This document shows, in pieces, positions 42,226 through 53,213 of a stretch of 64,000 nucleotides of DNA; within the stretch, counting starts at the first letter, position 1; each line of letters opens with the position of its first letter. Under the pieces are notes generated by a model, which saw only the letters and a program-made list of their open reading frames with translations, was not told the origin of the DNA and searched no databases. This stretch comes from an uncultured delta proteobacterium. GTDB lineage: Bacteria > Desulfobacterota > BSN033 > UBA1163. The stretch lies in contig CAVPSJ010000004.1 of NCBI GenBank assembly GCA_963708295.1, forward strand, positions 416,001-480,000. Direction: 5' to 3'. The position numbers and the translations under genes were made by a program.

Positions 42226-44387
42226 AAGAAGAACAATCGTCCGAGCTGGAACGCAAAGATGGAGAGAATCGACTTCCCCTTAGCCGGCGCGAATTCCTCA
42301 AGGCTGTGGGCGGAGGAATTATCATCTTTTTTTCCGTGGAAGATCTAGCAGCCCAGGAGAGACGGCCACCCGGTTACCAGGATTTACCAACGGATTTCAA
42401 TTCCTTCCTCAGGATTGGAGTCGACGGCCGGGTCACTTGTTTCACAGGTAAGATTGAAATGGGGCAGGGCATTGTAACCTCCCTCGCCCAGATGCTGGCT
42501 GATGAACTCGATGTCCCTTTAGACGCAGTCGATATGACCCTGGGGAATACGGACCTCTGTCCCTGGGATATGGGGACCTTCGGATCGCGCACGACGCGAT
42601 TCTTTGGGCCTCCTTTAAGAGAAGCAGCCGCCGAGGCGAGGGCCATCCTGATTCAATTGGCTTCAGAGCGCCTGCATTTAAGTGAGAGCGAATTGACCGC
42701 CAAAGAAGGTGTCGTGATAGATAAAAATAACAGCGGAAACCGGGTCACCTACGCCGAACTCGCAAAGGGGAAGTCGATCGAAAAGCACTTGCTGAAGAAA
42801 CCTTCATTAAAGAACGTTTCAGAGTTTTTGATTGTCGGGAAACCGGCCCTCCGTCGAGATGCGCTGGAGAAGGTAACCGGAAAGGCAAAATATGCCGGTG
42901 ACATTCGAATCCCAGGCATGCTGCATGCGAAAATCTTGAGACCTCCGGTTCATGGGGCCAAGCTAAAAAGCCTGGATACATCGGCTCTTCAAGAGGATAA
43001 GGAGATCAAGCTCGTTCAGGAACGGGATCTTATCGCAGTGCTCCATCTATACCCTGACAGGGCTGAACAGGCTCTCTCCAAAATCAAAACCAACTTTGAC
43101 CTGCCGGAAGCCAACGTCGACCCAAAGACCATCTTCAAACACCTCTTGAGCGTAGCTCCGGAAGGAGAAATCGTCACGCAAGGGGGAGATGTCCGTGAGG
43201 GGGAGCGAGCTGCCCGGGAAGCTTTTGAGGCAACCTACCTGAATCATTACGTCGCCCATGCGACCATCGAGACCCACACCGCTCTTGTCAAAGTCGAGAA
43301 AGATCGCGTGACCGTCTGGGCATCGACGCAGCGGCCTTTCGGAGCCAAAGAGGAAGTGGCCCAGGCATTGGGGATCCCCTCCAAAAATGTCCAGGTCATC
43401 TCTCCTTTTGTGGGAGGCGGATTCGGCGGAAAGAGTCAGAACAGGCAGGTCGTGGAGGCGGCACGCCTTTCAAAACTGACGGGAAGACCTGTTCAGGTTG
43501 CCTGGAGCCGAGAAGAAGAGTTCTTTTATGACACCTTCCGGCCGGCGGCGATCGTAAAGATCAGATCCGGTGTGACAGAGGCAAGTCAGATCGCTTATTG
43601 GGATTTTGATGTTTATTTTGCCGGACCCCGGGGGGCAGAACAGTTTTATGATATCCCACATCACCGGGAACTGTCCCACGGACATTACACGGGCATTCCA
43701 GGGGCCCACCCCTTCGGGACAGGACCCTGGCGGGCGCCTGGAAGTAATACGAACACCTTTGCGAGAGAATCGCAAATCGATCTCATGGCCACGAATTTGA
43801 AAATGGACCCGCTCGAATTCCGTCTGAAGAACCTGAGTGATCAAAGGATGATTAAAGTCCTGAAGGCCGCGGCTGAAAAATTTGGCTGGGGAGCCTCACC
43901 ATCCCCGAGCGGTCTGGGCTTTGGTGTGGCCTGCGCTACCGATGCGGGTGCGTATGTTGCCACTATGGCCGAAGTCGAAGTGGATCAGGAAAGTGGAAAG
44001 GTTCGTGTGAAGCGGATCGTCTGTGCACAGGACATGGGGCTGGTGATCAATCCCGAGGGAGCCAGGATCCAGATGGAAGGGAGTCTGGTGATGGGGCTGG
44101 GGTATGCGTTGACGGAAGAGGTCCGCTTCAACGGCGGAAGAATTTTTGACCGCAACTTCGATACTTATGAGATTCCCCGTTTCTCTTGGCTGCCAAAGAT
44201 CGAGACCCTGCTGGTTGAAAATTCGGGATTTCCTCCGGCGGGCGGAGGAGAACCATCCATTGTCTGCATGGGCGGAGTCATCGCCAACGCCATTTTCGAC
44301 GCCACGGGAGTCCGGCTATTCGAGCTCCCCATGACTCCGGAACGGATTAAAAATGCCCTGACCGAAGCTAAGGCCAAAAAGGCTTAG
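42222..44387 (+). CDS. Mo-hydroxylase large subunit, copy 1 (IorB-like), Tat motif
   Basis: SRREFLK, EMGQG, GGGFGGK, PWRAPG, QMEG, GGGEP. Confidence 0.92.
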   Translation: MKEEQSSELERKDGENRLPLSRREFLKAVGGGIIIFFSVEDLAAQERRPPGYQDLPTDFNSFLRIGVDGRVTCFTGKIEMGQGIVTSLAQMLADELDVPLDAVDMTLGNTDLCPWDMGTFGSRTTRFFGPPLREAAAEARAILIQLASERLHLSESELTAKEGVVIDKNNSGNRVTYAELAKGKSIEKHLLKKPSLKNVSEFLIVGKPALRRDALEKVTGKAKYAGDIRIPGMLHAKILRPPVHGAKLKSLDTSALQEDKEIKLVQERDLIAVLHLYPDRAEQALSKIKTNFDLPEANVDPKTIFKHLLSVAPEGEIVTQGGDVREGERAAREAFEATYLNHYVAHATIETHTALVKVEKDRVTVWASTQRPFGAKEEVAQALGIPSKNVQVISPFVGGGFGGKSQNRQVVEAARLSKLTGRPVQVAWSREEEFFYDTFRPAAIVKIRSGVTEASQIAYWDFDVYFAGPRGAEQFYDIPHHRELSHGHYTGIPGAHPFGTGPWRAPGSNTNTFARESQIDLMATNLKMDPLEFRLKNLSDQRMIKVLKAAAEKFGWGASPSPSGLGFGVACATDAGAYVATMAEVEVDQESGKVRVKRIVCAQDMGLVINPEGARIQMEGSLVMGLGYALTEEVRFNGGRIFDRNFDTYEIPRFSWLPKIETLLVENSGFPPAGGGEPSIVCMGGVIANAIFDATGVRLFELPMTPERIKNALTEAKAKKA

Positions 44388-44410
44388 GGAGTTGGGCTTT
44401 AAAATTTCAC

Positions 44411-44662
44411 TTGACTAAGCCAGATTGTTATATGTAGAATTTATCCGTTTTCGTATGCTGTAATCCTTAACTTCGCACATCACATCATCTTAAACTTCTG
44501 GTTTCACTCATGGAAAGGGATGGCCAGAAGAAGTCGATACCAGACCTCCGGGGAAGAGATACCCCGAAGACTTCTTGCGATATTCGGAACCCAAACCCTG
44601 ATTGAGGGTGTACAACCCGAAGCGTGGGGGAATTGCCTACCAGTACAAGAAAGGAGGATATC
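44411..44662 (+). promoter_or_regulatory. Promoter plus long structured 5' leader (possible Moco-riboswitch-like element)
   Basis: TTGACT-18 bp-TAGAAT; about 200-nt leader with several hairpins, ending AGGGTG..TGCCTACC..GAAAGGAGG. Confidence 0.4.
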
Positions 44663-45121
44663 ATGATTTCTCTCAATGTCAACGGCAAGAACTACAAGGT
44701 AGATGTCTCAGAGGATGTGCCCCTCCTCTGGGTTATCAGAGACTATTTGAAACTCACGGGCACCAAGTTTGGTTGTGGGATCGGAGAATGCGGCGCATGC
44801 ACGGTTCATATCGATGGCAAGGCAGAGAGGTCCTGCGGGATTCCTGTTGGGAAAGCCCAGGGCAAAAAGATTACCACCATCGAAGGGCTTCCTGAAAATC
44901 ATCCTGTCAAGAGGGCGTGGATCAAGGAACAGGTTGTCCAGTGCGGTTATTGCCAGCCCGGGATCATGATGCAGGTGGCTGCCCTTATCTCATCAAAGCC
45001 CAAACCCAGCGCGGATCAGGTCATCAGCGCCATGGATGACGTCATCTGCCGATGCGGGACTCATCCCCGTATTAAACGCGGCATAAAAGCCGCTTTAGAC
45101 ATCATGAGAAAGGAGGGTTGA
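44663..45121 (+). CDS. Mo-hydroxylase small subunit, copy 2
   Basis: GTKFGCGIGECGACTV, QCGYCQPG, ICRCGT; AGGAGG SD. Confidence 0.93.
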   Translation: MISLNVNGKNYKVDVSEDVPLLWVIRDYLKLTGTKFGCGIGECGACTVHIDGKAERSCGIPVGKAQGKKITTIEGLPENHPVKRAWIKEQVVQCGYCQPGIMMQVAALISSKPKPSADQVISAMDDVICRCGTHPRIKRGIKAALDIMRKEG

Positions 45122-45124
45122 GCC

Positions 45125-47309
45125 ATGATGAATAAACCTATCTCACGACGCTCATTTTTGAAGATGACAGGTCTGACCATCGCAGTCTCCGCAACACCTT
45201 TCGGTTACGATGTTATAAACGCCTCCGCTCAGAAAGAAGGCTCCTTCAAACCCAATGTGTGGTTTGAGATAACGCCTAACAATAGGATCACAATGACGAT
45301 GGGACCCTCTGAGATGGGGCAAGGAACCCATACCGCACTGGGCATGGTCATCGCCGACGAGCTGGAAGCAGACTGGAAGCAGGTCCGTATCGTCCAGGGA
45401 CCGGCCAGCGATGCATTTAAAAACCCCGCCATGGGCGACCAGATCACTGTGGCAAGCGCAAGTGTGAGGGGGTTCTATGAACCTTTACGAAAAGCAGGGG
45501 CCGCGGGGAGAGCCATGCTTGTCACCGCTGCTGCTCAGACTTGGAAGGTGCCGGAAGGGGAGTGCACCGCTCTCAACGGGACGGTGAAACATAAAAAGAG
45601 TAATCGCAGCCTCACCTACGGCCAGCTATGTCTGAGTGCCGCCAAACTTCAGATTCCAAAGGAGCCCCGCCTCAAGAATGAAAGCGAGTTCAAGTACATC
45701 GGTAAACCCATGCCCCGTGTGGACATACCTGAGAAAGTTGCCGGCAAATCGATTTACGGCCTTGATGTTAAAGTTCCGGAGATGCTGTACGGGGTGATCG
45801 CCCGTCCATCGGCGTACGGAGCAAAACCTGTTTCCTTTGATCAGAAGGCAGCGGAAGGCGTCAAGGGGGTGCGGAACGTCGTTCCTACCCCGATGGGTAT
45901 TATCGTATGCGCGGAAACCCTGGATGCGGCGTGGAAAGGTCGAAACGCACTCAAAGTGCAGTGGGACAAGGGAACCCATCCTCAGATGGATAATGATTTT
46001 ATTGAAAAGACTTTTATGGAGGACCTGGATAAGCCAGGGTCTGCCGCCGCAAAAGTGGGGGATGCCCAGAAGGCTCTGGGTGAAGCTCAAAAAAAGGTCG
46101 AGGCCACCTACTTCGTCCCCTTTGTCGCCCATACCACGATGGAACCAATGAACTGCACGGCCCATGTGCAAAAGGATCGGTGCGACGTATGGGTTCCCAC
46201 ACAAGCTCAGCTGGTCTCCCGGATGCTCGCTGCACAATTCGCTGAATTGCCACCCGAGAAGGTCCAGATCCATACCACTCTGGTTGGCTGCGGGCTCGGC
46301 AGACGCGCTGCTCCGGATTTTGTAATCGAAGCGGTCGTGGCTTCAAAGGTCGCTGGAAAGCCGGTGAAGCTCGTTTGGACGAGAGAAGAGGACATCAAGT
46401 ATGATCTTTTTCGCGCTGCAACATGCCAGAGAGTTCAGGCGGGTCTCGACAGTCAAGGCCGTCTGATCGGCTGGTCCCATAAGGCCGTCGCTGGCTCCAT
46501 TATGAAGGATATTGACCCAAAAGGGATCATCAATGGAGTTGATATTATGAGCCTATGGGGACTCTTAGATTTTCCCGGTGCGCCAACGAATAATAGAATC
46601 ATGTATGAGATACCAAATTTCTACGTTGAATTCCTGCTGTCCAATCTCCCCATCCCTGTTTGTCCTTGGCGCGCCGTCCAGAATGGCCCCAATGCTTTTG
46701 TGATAGAGTGTTTCGTGGACGAAGTGGCCCATGCGGCCGCCAAAGATCCTCTGGAGTTCCGTTTGCAGCACTTAAAGAACAATATGCGTCCCCGAAGGGT
46801 CCTCGAAACGGTAGCCGAGAAGGCGGGGTGGGGAAAACCCTTAATGAAGGGACAGGGTCGCGGTATTGCCCAGCACTGCTGTTTTGGAAGTTACGTTGCT
46901 CAGGTTGCGGAGGTTTCTGTGAACGAGGGGAACGGAACCGTCAAGGTCAATCGGATCGTTGCTGCTGTTGATTGCGGCCCCTTTGTCAATCCAGACACGA
47001 TCAAAGCTCAAATCGAAGGAGCGGATTATAGAAGCTTTAAGCACTACGTTGAAAGAAGAAGTCATGTTTTCCAACGGTGGGGTTAAATCAGAAAACTTCG
47101 ATGATTACAAAATAATTAGGATGAGTGAGATTCCTGAAATAGAAGTTCATATTGTGAAGAGCACGGAACCAATCGGAGGGATCGGCGAGCCCGGTGTGCC
47201 CCCCTTGGCTCCCGCTGTGGCAAACGCAGTCTTTAATGCCACGGGTGCTCGCGTCAGGCGTATTCCCTTGACCCCACAAAGGGTTTTGGCCGCAATTCAA
47301 AAAAAGTGA
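45125..47309 (+). CDS. Mo-hydroxylase large subunit, copy 2, Tat motif; apparent extra G near 47023
   Basis: SRRSFLK, EMGQG, GCGLGRR, CPWRAV, QIEGA, then shifts into IIEALS..GGIGEPG. Confidence 0.9.
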
Positions 47310-47327
47310 GAGTATAAGACGTCCCAG

Positions 47328-47356
47328 AGAGCCCCGCCCCGTGGGCGGGGCTCTTT
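47328..47356 (+). terminator. Terminator-like hairpin after copy 2
   Basis: AGAGCCCCGCCC-cgt-GGGCGGGGCTCT-TT. Confidence 0.6.
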
Positions 47357-47450
47357 ACCCCGTTAGGAATAATGCGCCGCTGCTCTGCAGCGAGATTGCA
47401 TTTTGAATAATCCCAAGGGGGGAAAGCTCCACTGGAATTCCTAACGGGGT
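47357..47450. mobile_element. 94-bp MITE-like element
   Basis: Perfect 14-bp terminal inverted repeats ACCCCGTTAGGAAT / ATTCCTAACGGGGT; non-coding interior. Confidence 0.6.
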
Positions 47451-47681
47451 TTACTTATCCCGAGTTGATTGATCTGCAATGGCGCTCCGGCCTCATCATC
47501 GATCCTGCCTTTGGCATCCGCCTTTTATCCTCGTTCCTCCTGGTGGCGAAGTCCTTACCGTAATCAGAATTTTCCTTGACAACGATACAGGCGATTGGTA
47601 ATAGTAATACCGTTTTGGGTCGGCTCACCACACCCAAGGGATAGATTTGGCCATTACGATAAACGAAGGAAGGAGGACATC

Positions 47682-48143
47682 ATGATTTCTCTCAATGTCA
47701 ACGGCAAGAACTATGCGGTAGATGTCTCGGATGACGTACCCCTGCTCTGGGTTTTGAGAGACCATCTGAAACTCATGGGCACCAAGTATGGTTGCGGGAT
47801 CGGAGAATGTGGCTCATGCACGGTCCATATTAACGGCAAGGCAGAGAGGTCTTGCGGGATCTCGGTGAAGGAAGCAACCGGGAAGAAAATTATCACCATC
47901 GAAGGGCTTCCTGAAAATCATCCGGTGAAAAGAGCCTGGATCGAGGAACAGGTTGTCCAGTGCGGTTACTGCCAGCCCGGGGTCATGATGCAGGTGGCCG
48001 CTCTCCTTTCTGAGAAGCCCACTCCAACGGCAGATCAAATCATCAGCAAAATGGACAACGTGATCTGCCGGTGCGGGACCTATCTGCGCATGAAAAAGGG
48101 TATCAAAACCGCTGTTCAGATGACGAGAAAGGAGGGCAAATAA
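47682..48143 (+). CDS. Mo-hydroxylase small subunit, copy 3
   Basis: Close paralog of copy 2 (MISLNVNGKNY..); own TTGACA at about 47576. Confidence 0.93.
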   Translation: MISLNVNGKNYAVDVSDDVPLLWVLRDHLKLMGTKYGCGIGECGSCTVHINGKAERSCGISVKEATGKKIITIEGLPENHPVKRAWIEEQVVQCGYCQPGVMMQVAALLSEKPTPTADQIISKMDNVICRCGTYLRMKKGIKTAVQMTRKEGK

Positions 48144-48145
48144 CC

Positions 48146-50347
48146 ATGAACCCGACCATATCACGTCGTTCATTTTTGAAAATAACAGGCCTGACGATAG
48201 GGGTCTCCGTCACCCCTTTTGGATACACCCTTCTCAATGCCGCTGAGAAAAGGGATTTCAACCCCAATGCATGGCTGCACATTACCTCGGACAACAAGGT
48301 AACCATATACATCGGCCAGTCCGAGATGGGCCAGGGCGTGCTGACCTCCCAATCCATGATCATTGCAGACGAACTGGAGGCGGATTGGAAGAAGGTCCAG
48401 ATCAAGCAGGGTGCGGCATTGGAAGGATTCAAGAGCCCCCTCTTTAAGGCCCAGATTACGGTGGCAAGCCAGAGCATGAGAGGGTTTTACGAGCCGCTGC
48501 GAAAGGCGGGTGCCGCAGGCAGGGCGATGCTCGTTAAGGCTGCGGCGGAAACCTGGAAGGTCCCTGAAAGTGAATGCAAGGGCGTGCTGGGGACCGTGAA
48601 GCACGAAAAGAGCAAACGCAGTCTCACCTATGGCCAGCTTTGCGAGAAGGCATCCAGGCTTGAAGTGCCTCAGAACCCTCCCCTCAAGAAGGAGGAAGAA
48701 TTCAGATATATGGGCAAGCCCATGCCCCGTGTGGATGTTCCGGAAAAAGTGAGAGGTAAAGCAATCTATGGTCTCGATGTCAACGATGGGAATGTCAAGG
48801 AACTGAAGGGAATGCTTTATGCGGTTATCGCCAAACCACCTGCCTACGGCGCAAAGCCTGTTTCCTTTGACCAAGCCGCTGCGGAAATGGTCAAAGGCGT
48901 GGTCAAGGTCATGCCGATTCCTATGGGGATTGCCGTATGCGCTACGTCCACCTACGCCGCGCTGAAGGGGAGGGATGCCCTCAAGGTACAGTGGGACAAC
49001 GGAAAGATCCCCGACCTGGACGATCAGTATGTTGAGAAGACTCTGCTAGGAGACCTCGACAAGCCGGGTCCTAAAGTCCACGAACTAGGGGATGTGAAAA
49101 AAGCCCTGGCTGAAGCACCGAAGAAGTTGGAGGCAACCTACTATGTCCCCACTGTAGCCCACGCCACCATGGAGCCCATGAATTGCACGGCCTGGGTTCA
49201 GAAAGACCGCTGCGACGTCTGGGCTTCCACACAGGGCCAGACAGGTGACCATGAGCTGGCTACAAAGATCTCCGGCTTGCCTCCGGAGAAAGTCTTCATC
49301 CACACGACCTTTCTCGGTTGCGGGTTGGGCAGACGTACCAGGCCCGATCGTGTACCCGAGGCCGTAACCATCTCGAAGGCCCTCGGAAAACCGGTCAAGG
49401 TGACGTGGACGCGCGAAGAAGACTTCAAATACGACTGGTTTCGCGCTCCCATTGCTCACCGGATTCAGGGCGGCGTGGATGCCCAGGGTCAGTTGGTCGC
49501 CTGGTCCCACAAAGGCGCGAGTATTTCCATCACGAAGAGCGTCAACCCCGCTGCTGAGCTGAAAGGCGGGATTGACTGGTATATGCTGTGGGGTCTATGG
49601 ATGGGGCCAACGGAGCCGCTCCAATGGAACACCAAGATCCAGTATGAAATACCGAACTTCTACATCGAATTTAACCTGTCCGATCTTCCCATACCCACCT
49701 GTCCATGGCGCTCGGTCGTGGTTGCTCAGCACGCTTTTGCGATAGAGAGTTTCATGGATGAGTTGGCCAGCGCCGCCGGTAAGGATCCTCTCGAGTTCCG
49801 GCTCCAGAGCCTGAAGAACAACAAGCGGGCCAGCCGCGTGCTCGAGACCGTGGCGGAGAAGGCCGGGTGGGGCAAGCCCATCCCTCAAGGTCAAGGCCGG
49901 GGTATTGCCCAGGCAGCCTGCTTCGGCTCCTGGGTCGCGCACGTGGTGGACCTCTCGGTGGACAAGAGTACCGGCAAGATCAAGGTTCATAAGGTTTTTG
50001 TGGCCGTCGATTGCGGACCGGTGATCAATCCCGGGCCCCTTGTAGAGCAAATGGAATCCGGGATCATGATGGGTCTGAGCACGGCACTGAAAGAGCAGGT
50101 CAAGTTTGCCAAGGGCGGCGTGGCCACGTCGAATTACGACGACTACCCCATCCTCCGGATGAGTGAAGCGCCCGAGATCGAGGTTCACATGGTAAAAAGT
50201 ACCGATAAGATCGGCGGCATCGGCGAGCCCGGTGTCCCGCCCCTAGCGCCTGCCGTTGCGAACGCGGTCTTTAACGCGACGGGGGTGCGAATCAGGCGTA
50301 TTCCCATGACCCCGGAAATAGTACTGGCTGCGCTCAAGAACAAGTGA
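48146..50347 (+). CDS. Mo-hydroxylase large subunit, copy 3, Tat motif
   Basis: SRRSFLK, EMGQG, GCGLGRR, CPWRSV, QMESG, GGIGEPG. Confidence 0.92.
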   Translation: MNPTISRRSFLKITGLTIGVSVTPFGYTLLNAAEKRDFNPNAWLHITSDNKVTIYIGQSEMGQGVLTSQSMIIADELEADWKKVQIKQGAALEGFKSPLFKAQITVASQSMRGFYEPLRKAGAAGRAMLVKAAAETWKVPESECKGVLGTVKHEKSKRSLTYGQLCEKASRLEVPQNPPLKKEEEFRYMGKPMPRVDVPEKVRGKAIYGLDVNDGNVKELKGMLYAVIAKPPAYGAKPVSFDQAAAEMVKGVVKVMPIPMGIAVCATSTYAALKGRDALKVQWDNGKIPDLDDQYVEKTLLGDLDKPGPKVHELGDVKKALAEAPKKLEATYYVPTVAHATMEPMNCTAWVQKDRCDVWASTQGQTGDHELATKISGLPPEKVFIHTTFLGCGLGRRTRPDRVPEAVTISKALGKPVKVTWTREEDFKYDWFRAPIAHRIQGGVDAQGQLVAWSHKGASISITKSVNPAAELKGGIDWYMLWGLWMGPTEPLQWNTKIQYEIPNFYIEFNLSDLPIPTCPWRSVVVAQHAFAIESFMDELASAAGKDPLEFRLQSLKNNKRASRVLETVAEKAGWGKPIPQGQGRGIAQAACFGSWVAHVVDLSVDKSTGKIKVHKVFVAVDCGPVINPGPLVEQMESGIMMGLSTALKEQVKFAKGGVATSNYDDYPILRMSEAPEIEVHMVKSTDKIGGIGEPGVPPLAPAVANAVFNATGVRIRRIPMTPEIVLAALKNK

Positions 50348-50460
50348 GGATGTAAGGAATAAAGATACCCTTAAATGGCAGGAGGTTTTATCGCGGGGAT
50401 TGACTTCGGCCCAATTCTGGGAAACCGGATTAAGAGATTAACCAAGGATGTTTGAAATTT

Positions 50461-50510
50461 ACCCTGCCCCTCCCTTTCCCCAGTGGGGAGAGGGAGGGGG
50501 TGAAGGGGGT
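50461..50510. repeat. CCCTCTCCC/GGGAGAGGG-type REP
   Basis: ccctttccccagtggggagagggagggggtgaagggg; relatives near 13590, 18425, 56675 and 59207. Confidence 0.65.
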
Positions 50511-50627
50511 AAAATTGGGGGCGGTAGTTCTAAGTTTCAGATCGTGAAACTGAAAACATAGATCATCGCCCCTTTTCTTTGTCATGAGAAAAACAGGCCT
50601 TTCCAATTCCTCGGGAAACTCACTTGT

Positions 50628-51386
50628 ATGAAACCAGTGGGGATTTCAGCAGAATATAATACGGCAGAGAAATTAATCATTGCTCATCGTGGCGCCTCAA
50701 GCGACGCAAAAGAGAATACGATCGAATCGTTTAAGAAAGCCATGCTTTTAGGCGCCGACATGCTCGAGTTCGATGTGAGAAGAACGAAAGACAATGTCTT
50801 GATTGTCTACCATGACGAAATGATTCAAGGCGATTCCGTCAAAGATCTAACCTATGGAGCAATCAGCCAAACGGCCAGGAATCAGGGGTTTGACATTCCA
50901 ACGGTGGAAGAGGTTTTGAAGTGGGCACGGGGAAAGATAAAACTGGATGTCGAACTAAAGGAAGAGGGCTATGAAAAAGAAATCGTAGAATTAGTACTCG
51001 GCTATTTTGAAGAAGACCGATTTGTCATGACCTCATTCAACGACGCTTCGTTAGCGGTTATTAAAGAGCGATATCCTGACATCAAAGCGGGCCTAATCTT
51101 AGGAAGAAAAATTCCGTCCACCCATATTCGGACCCGATTCCAAGAGTTATTCCCAATGAAAAGGTGTAAGGACGCTAAAGCAGATTTCCTGGTGGGCCAT
51201 TTGAAATTGTTGCGGGCTGGTTTCTTGGAAAGAGCTCGAAGAAATCACCTTCCCGTCTTCGTTTGGACGGTGAACGACGAAGAGACGATCTGGAAATTGC
51301 TTCATGACAGAAGAGTCTACGCCATCATCACAGACAAGCCGGATTTGGCTGTTTCGTTACGAAAAAAAGCACTTCCATGCTCGTAG
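50628..51386 (+). CDS. Glycerophosphodiester phosphodiesterase
   Basis: IIAHRGAS, ENT, EFDV..TKD..YHD, VELK, VWTVND, IITDKP. Confidence 0.92.
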   Translation: MKPVGISAEYNTAEKLIIAHRGASSDAKENTIESFKKAMLLGADMLEFDVRRTKDNVLIVYHDEMIQGDSVKDLTYGAISQTARNQGFDIPTVEEVLKWARGKIKLDVELKEEGYEKEIVELVLGYFEEDRFVMTSFNDASLAVIKERYPDIKAGLILGRKIPSTHIRTRFQELFPMKRCKDAKADFLVGHLKLLRAGFLERARRNHLPVFVWTVNDEETIWKLLHDRRVYAIITDKPDLAVSLRKKALPCS

Positions 51387-51535
51387 TGTCTCTGAAGAGT
51401 CCCGCGGGATGCCGGGTAATTACGCTTCTAGTCTCTGATTCATTTCGACAAAAGATAAAGCTGTTTCTCACCTAAAATGTTATACTTGGATTTGATTGAA
51501 ATCAAACGATACGATTTGAACAGGAGGTACATTCA

Positions 51536-51910
51536 ATGAGACGATCCTCTTCAAAGGCGTTGCTGGGTATTCTGTTGGTTTCGACTATTGTTCTGGCCGG
51601 GTTCGCGATTTGTGCGGCTGCGGAGACTACCATTGAAGAGATTATGAATAAGGGAGATTCCTACGAGGGCAGGACGGTCTCGGTGACGGGAACTGTTTCA
51701 AACCTAAAATTCAGGGCGTTGGAGGTCGGGAATAACTACACGACGTTTATGCTCGCCAGCAAATCTGGAGGTCGTATCAAGGTTTTTTCCTGGGGAAAGT
51801 TGACACTCAAAGCAGGGCAAAAAGTTCAGGTCACGGGCGTCTATCGAAAGGTCAGCAAAGCTGGCCCTCGCTATTTTTATAACCAAATCGTGGCGTCGGA
51901 TGTGAAGTGA
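51536..51910 (+). CDS. Secreted OB-fold-like protein, paralog of 33960
   Basis: TTIEEI..YEGRTVSVTG..YTTF..WG..GVYRKV. Confidence 0.65.
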   Translation: MRRSSSKALLGILLVSTIVLAGFAICAAAETTIEEIMNKGDSYEGRTVSVTGTVSNLKFRALEVGNNYTTFMLASKSGGRIKVFSWGKLTLKAGQKVQVTGVYRKVSKAGPRYFYNQIVASDVK

Positions 51911-52677
51911 ATGAGAGAGCAGAAGAAATATCTTGGAGGGGAGGCCCTCACTTGTTACATCTTGAAGAAATTAGATTGTTGACCGAGCAATTTCCCACCA
52001 GGGATCATTATCCGTTCAACATTGACGTGCTTCAACAAACGCGAACGATCCAATTTCCCACGCCTGTCACCTTTTTTATCGGGGAAAATGGCTCAGGGAA
52101 AACCACCCTGCTCGAAGCACTTGCCCGAAGGTGCCATATACACATCTGGAGTGGAATTGAAAGAACCCGTTGTACCATGAATCCTTATGAGGAGAGGCTT
52201 TTCCTATATATCGAAGTCAAATGGACGGATGGCATTGTCCCAGGTTCCTTTTTCTCATCACAAATCTTTCATAATTTTGCCCAACTGGTAGACGAATGGG
52301 AAGCAGACAATCCTGGACAGATCGATTATTTCGGAGGAAAATCTCTGATTGCCCAATCTCACGGACAGTCTATCCTGTCCTTTTTCAAATCTCGTTACAA
52401 GATCAAAGGACTCTACCTCTTAGACGAACCCGAAACAGCCCTTTCACCCAGGAGCCAGTTAGAGCTTTTGAAGCTCCTTCAGGAGATGAGCGCCCTGGGG
52501 CATGCACAATTCGTCATCGCCACACATTCGCCGATTCTCTTAGCTTGCCCTGGGTCTATCATCTACAGTTTTGATGCCCCTCCGGTCAAAACGATCCGGT
52601 ATGAAGATACGGAATACTACCGGATTTATAAGACCTTCATGGAAAACCCCAGCCGGTATTTCAAAGAAGAAAAATGA
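51907..52677 (+). CDS. ABC/SMC-like AAA ATPase (COG3910-like)
   Basis: GENGSGKTT, SHGQS, LLDEPETALSP, IATHSP. Confidence 0.88.
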   Translation: MNERAEEISWRGGPHLLHLEEIRLLTEQFPTRDHYPFNIDVLQQTRTIQFPTPVTFFIGENGSGKTTLLEALARRCHIHIWSGIERTRCTMNPYEERLFLYIEVKWTDGIVPGSFFSSQIFHNFAQLVDEWEADNPGQIDYFGGKSLIAQSHGQSILSFFKSRYKIKGLYLLDEPETALSPRSQLELLKLLQEMSALGHAQFVIATHSPILLACPGSIIYSFDAPPVKTIRYEDTEYYRIYKTFMENPSRYFKEEK

Positions 52678-52780
52678 ATCTCATCCATTTCGATGAGGGC
52701 TTGTTCCATGGAAATGCGGGAACAGGGTGGTCGCTGCAGAAAAGATTTTGATCCTGGAGAAGTTGGAAGAAAAGGGAGTT

Positions 52781-53155
52781 CTAAGGCGCACCCGGCGAAA
52801 TCGATTGAACAAGCACCTCAAAATCATCCCACTCGAAGGAATTCTTGACGAAAAAGCGATCCGCTCCATATTGAACGGCTGCTTGTCGGTATTCCGGCAA
52901 ATCATAATCTGTCAGAATGGCGATGTTGATACCCGGGATGTCCTTTTTTATTTTCTGGGTGAGCTGAAGGCCATTGATTCCCGGCAAACGGATATCCATA
53001 AAGATGAGATCAGGAGGACCTCCTTTGATTTTCTTCAAGGCCTCGTCGGCATTTCCAGCTTCCTCAATGACCATGGATGGAAAATAGTCAACAAGACCCT
53101 TCTTGAAAGCTTCCCGAAAGAGACGATTGTCTTCAACGATCAATACTCTTAACAT
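52781..53155 (-). CDS. Single-domain response regulator
   Basis: LIVEDN, FMDIRLPGING, LT, FVK; 124 aa with no output domain. Confidence 0.9.
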   Translation of the reverse strand: MLRVLIVEDNRLFREAFKKGLVDYFPSMVIEEAGNADEALKKIKGGPPDLIFMDIRLPGINGLQLTQKIKKDIPGINIAILTDYDLPEYRQAAVQYGADRFFVKNSFEWDDFEVLVQSISPGAP

Positions 53156-53213
53156 TTTTCCCCCTTCATCGATTTATTAAGAAGTCCATCATTGAGCAGA
53201 CATATTATTCTTA

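Noticed and set aside
41743-50347. Aerobic CO dehydrogenase
   Set aside because: No AYRCSFR motif, no FAD subunit, and the domain order is IorB-type.
51907-52677. ATPase as the ABC partner of the SBPs or as a defence ATPase
   Set aside because: It is on the opposite strand, has SHGQS rather than LSGGQ, and has no permease or nuclease partner adjacent.
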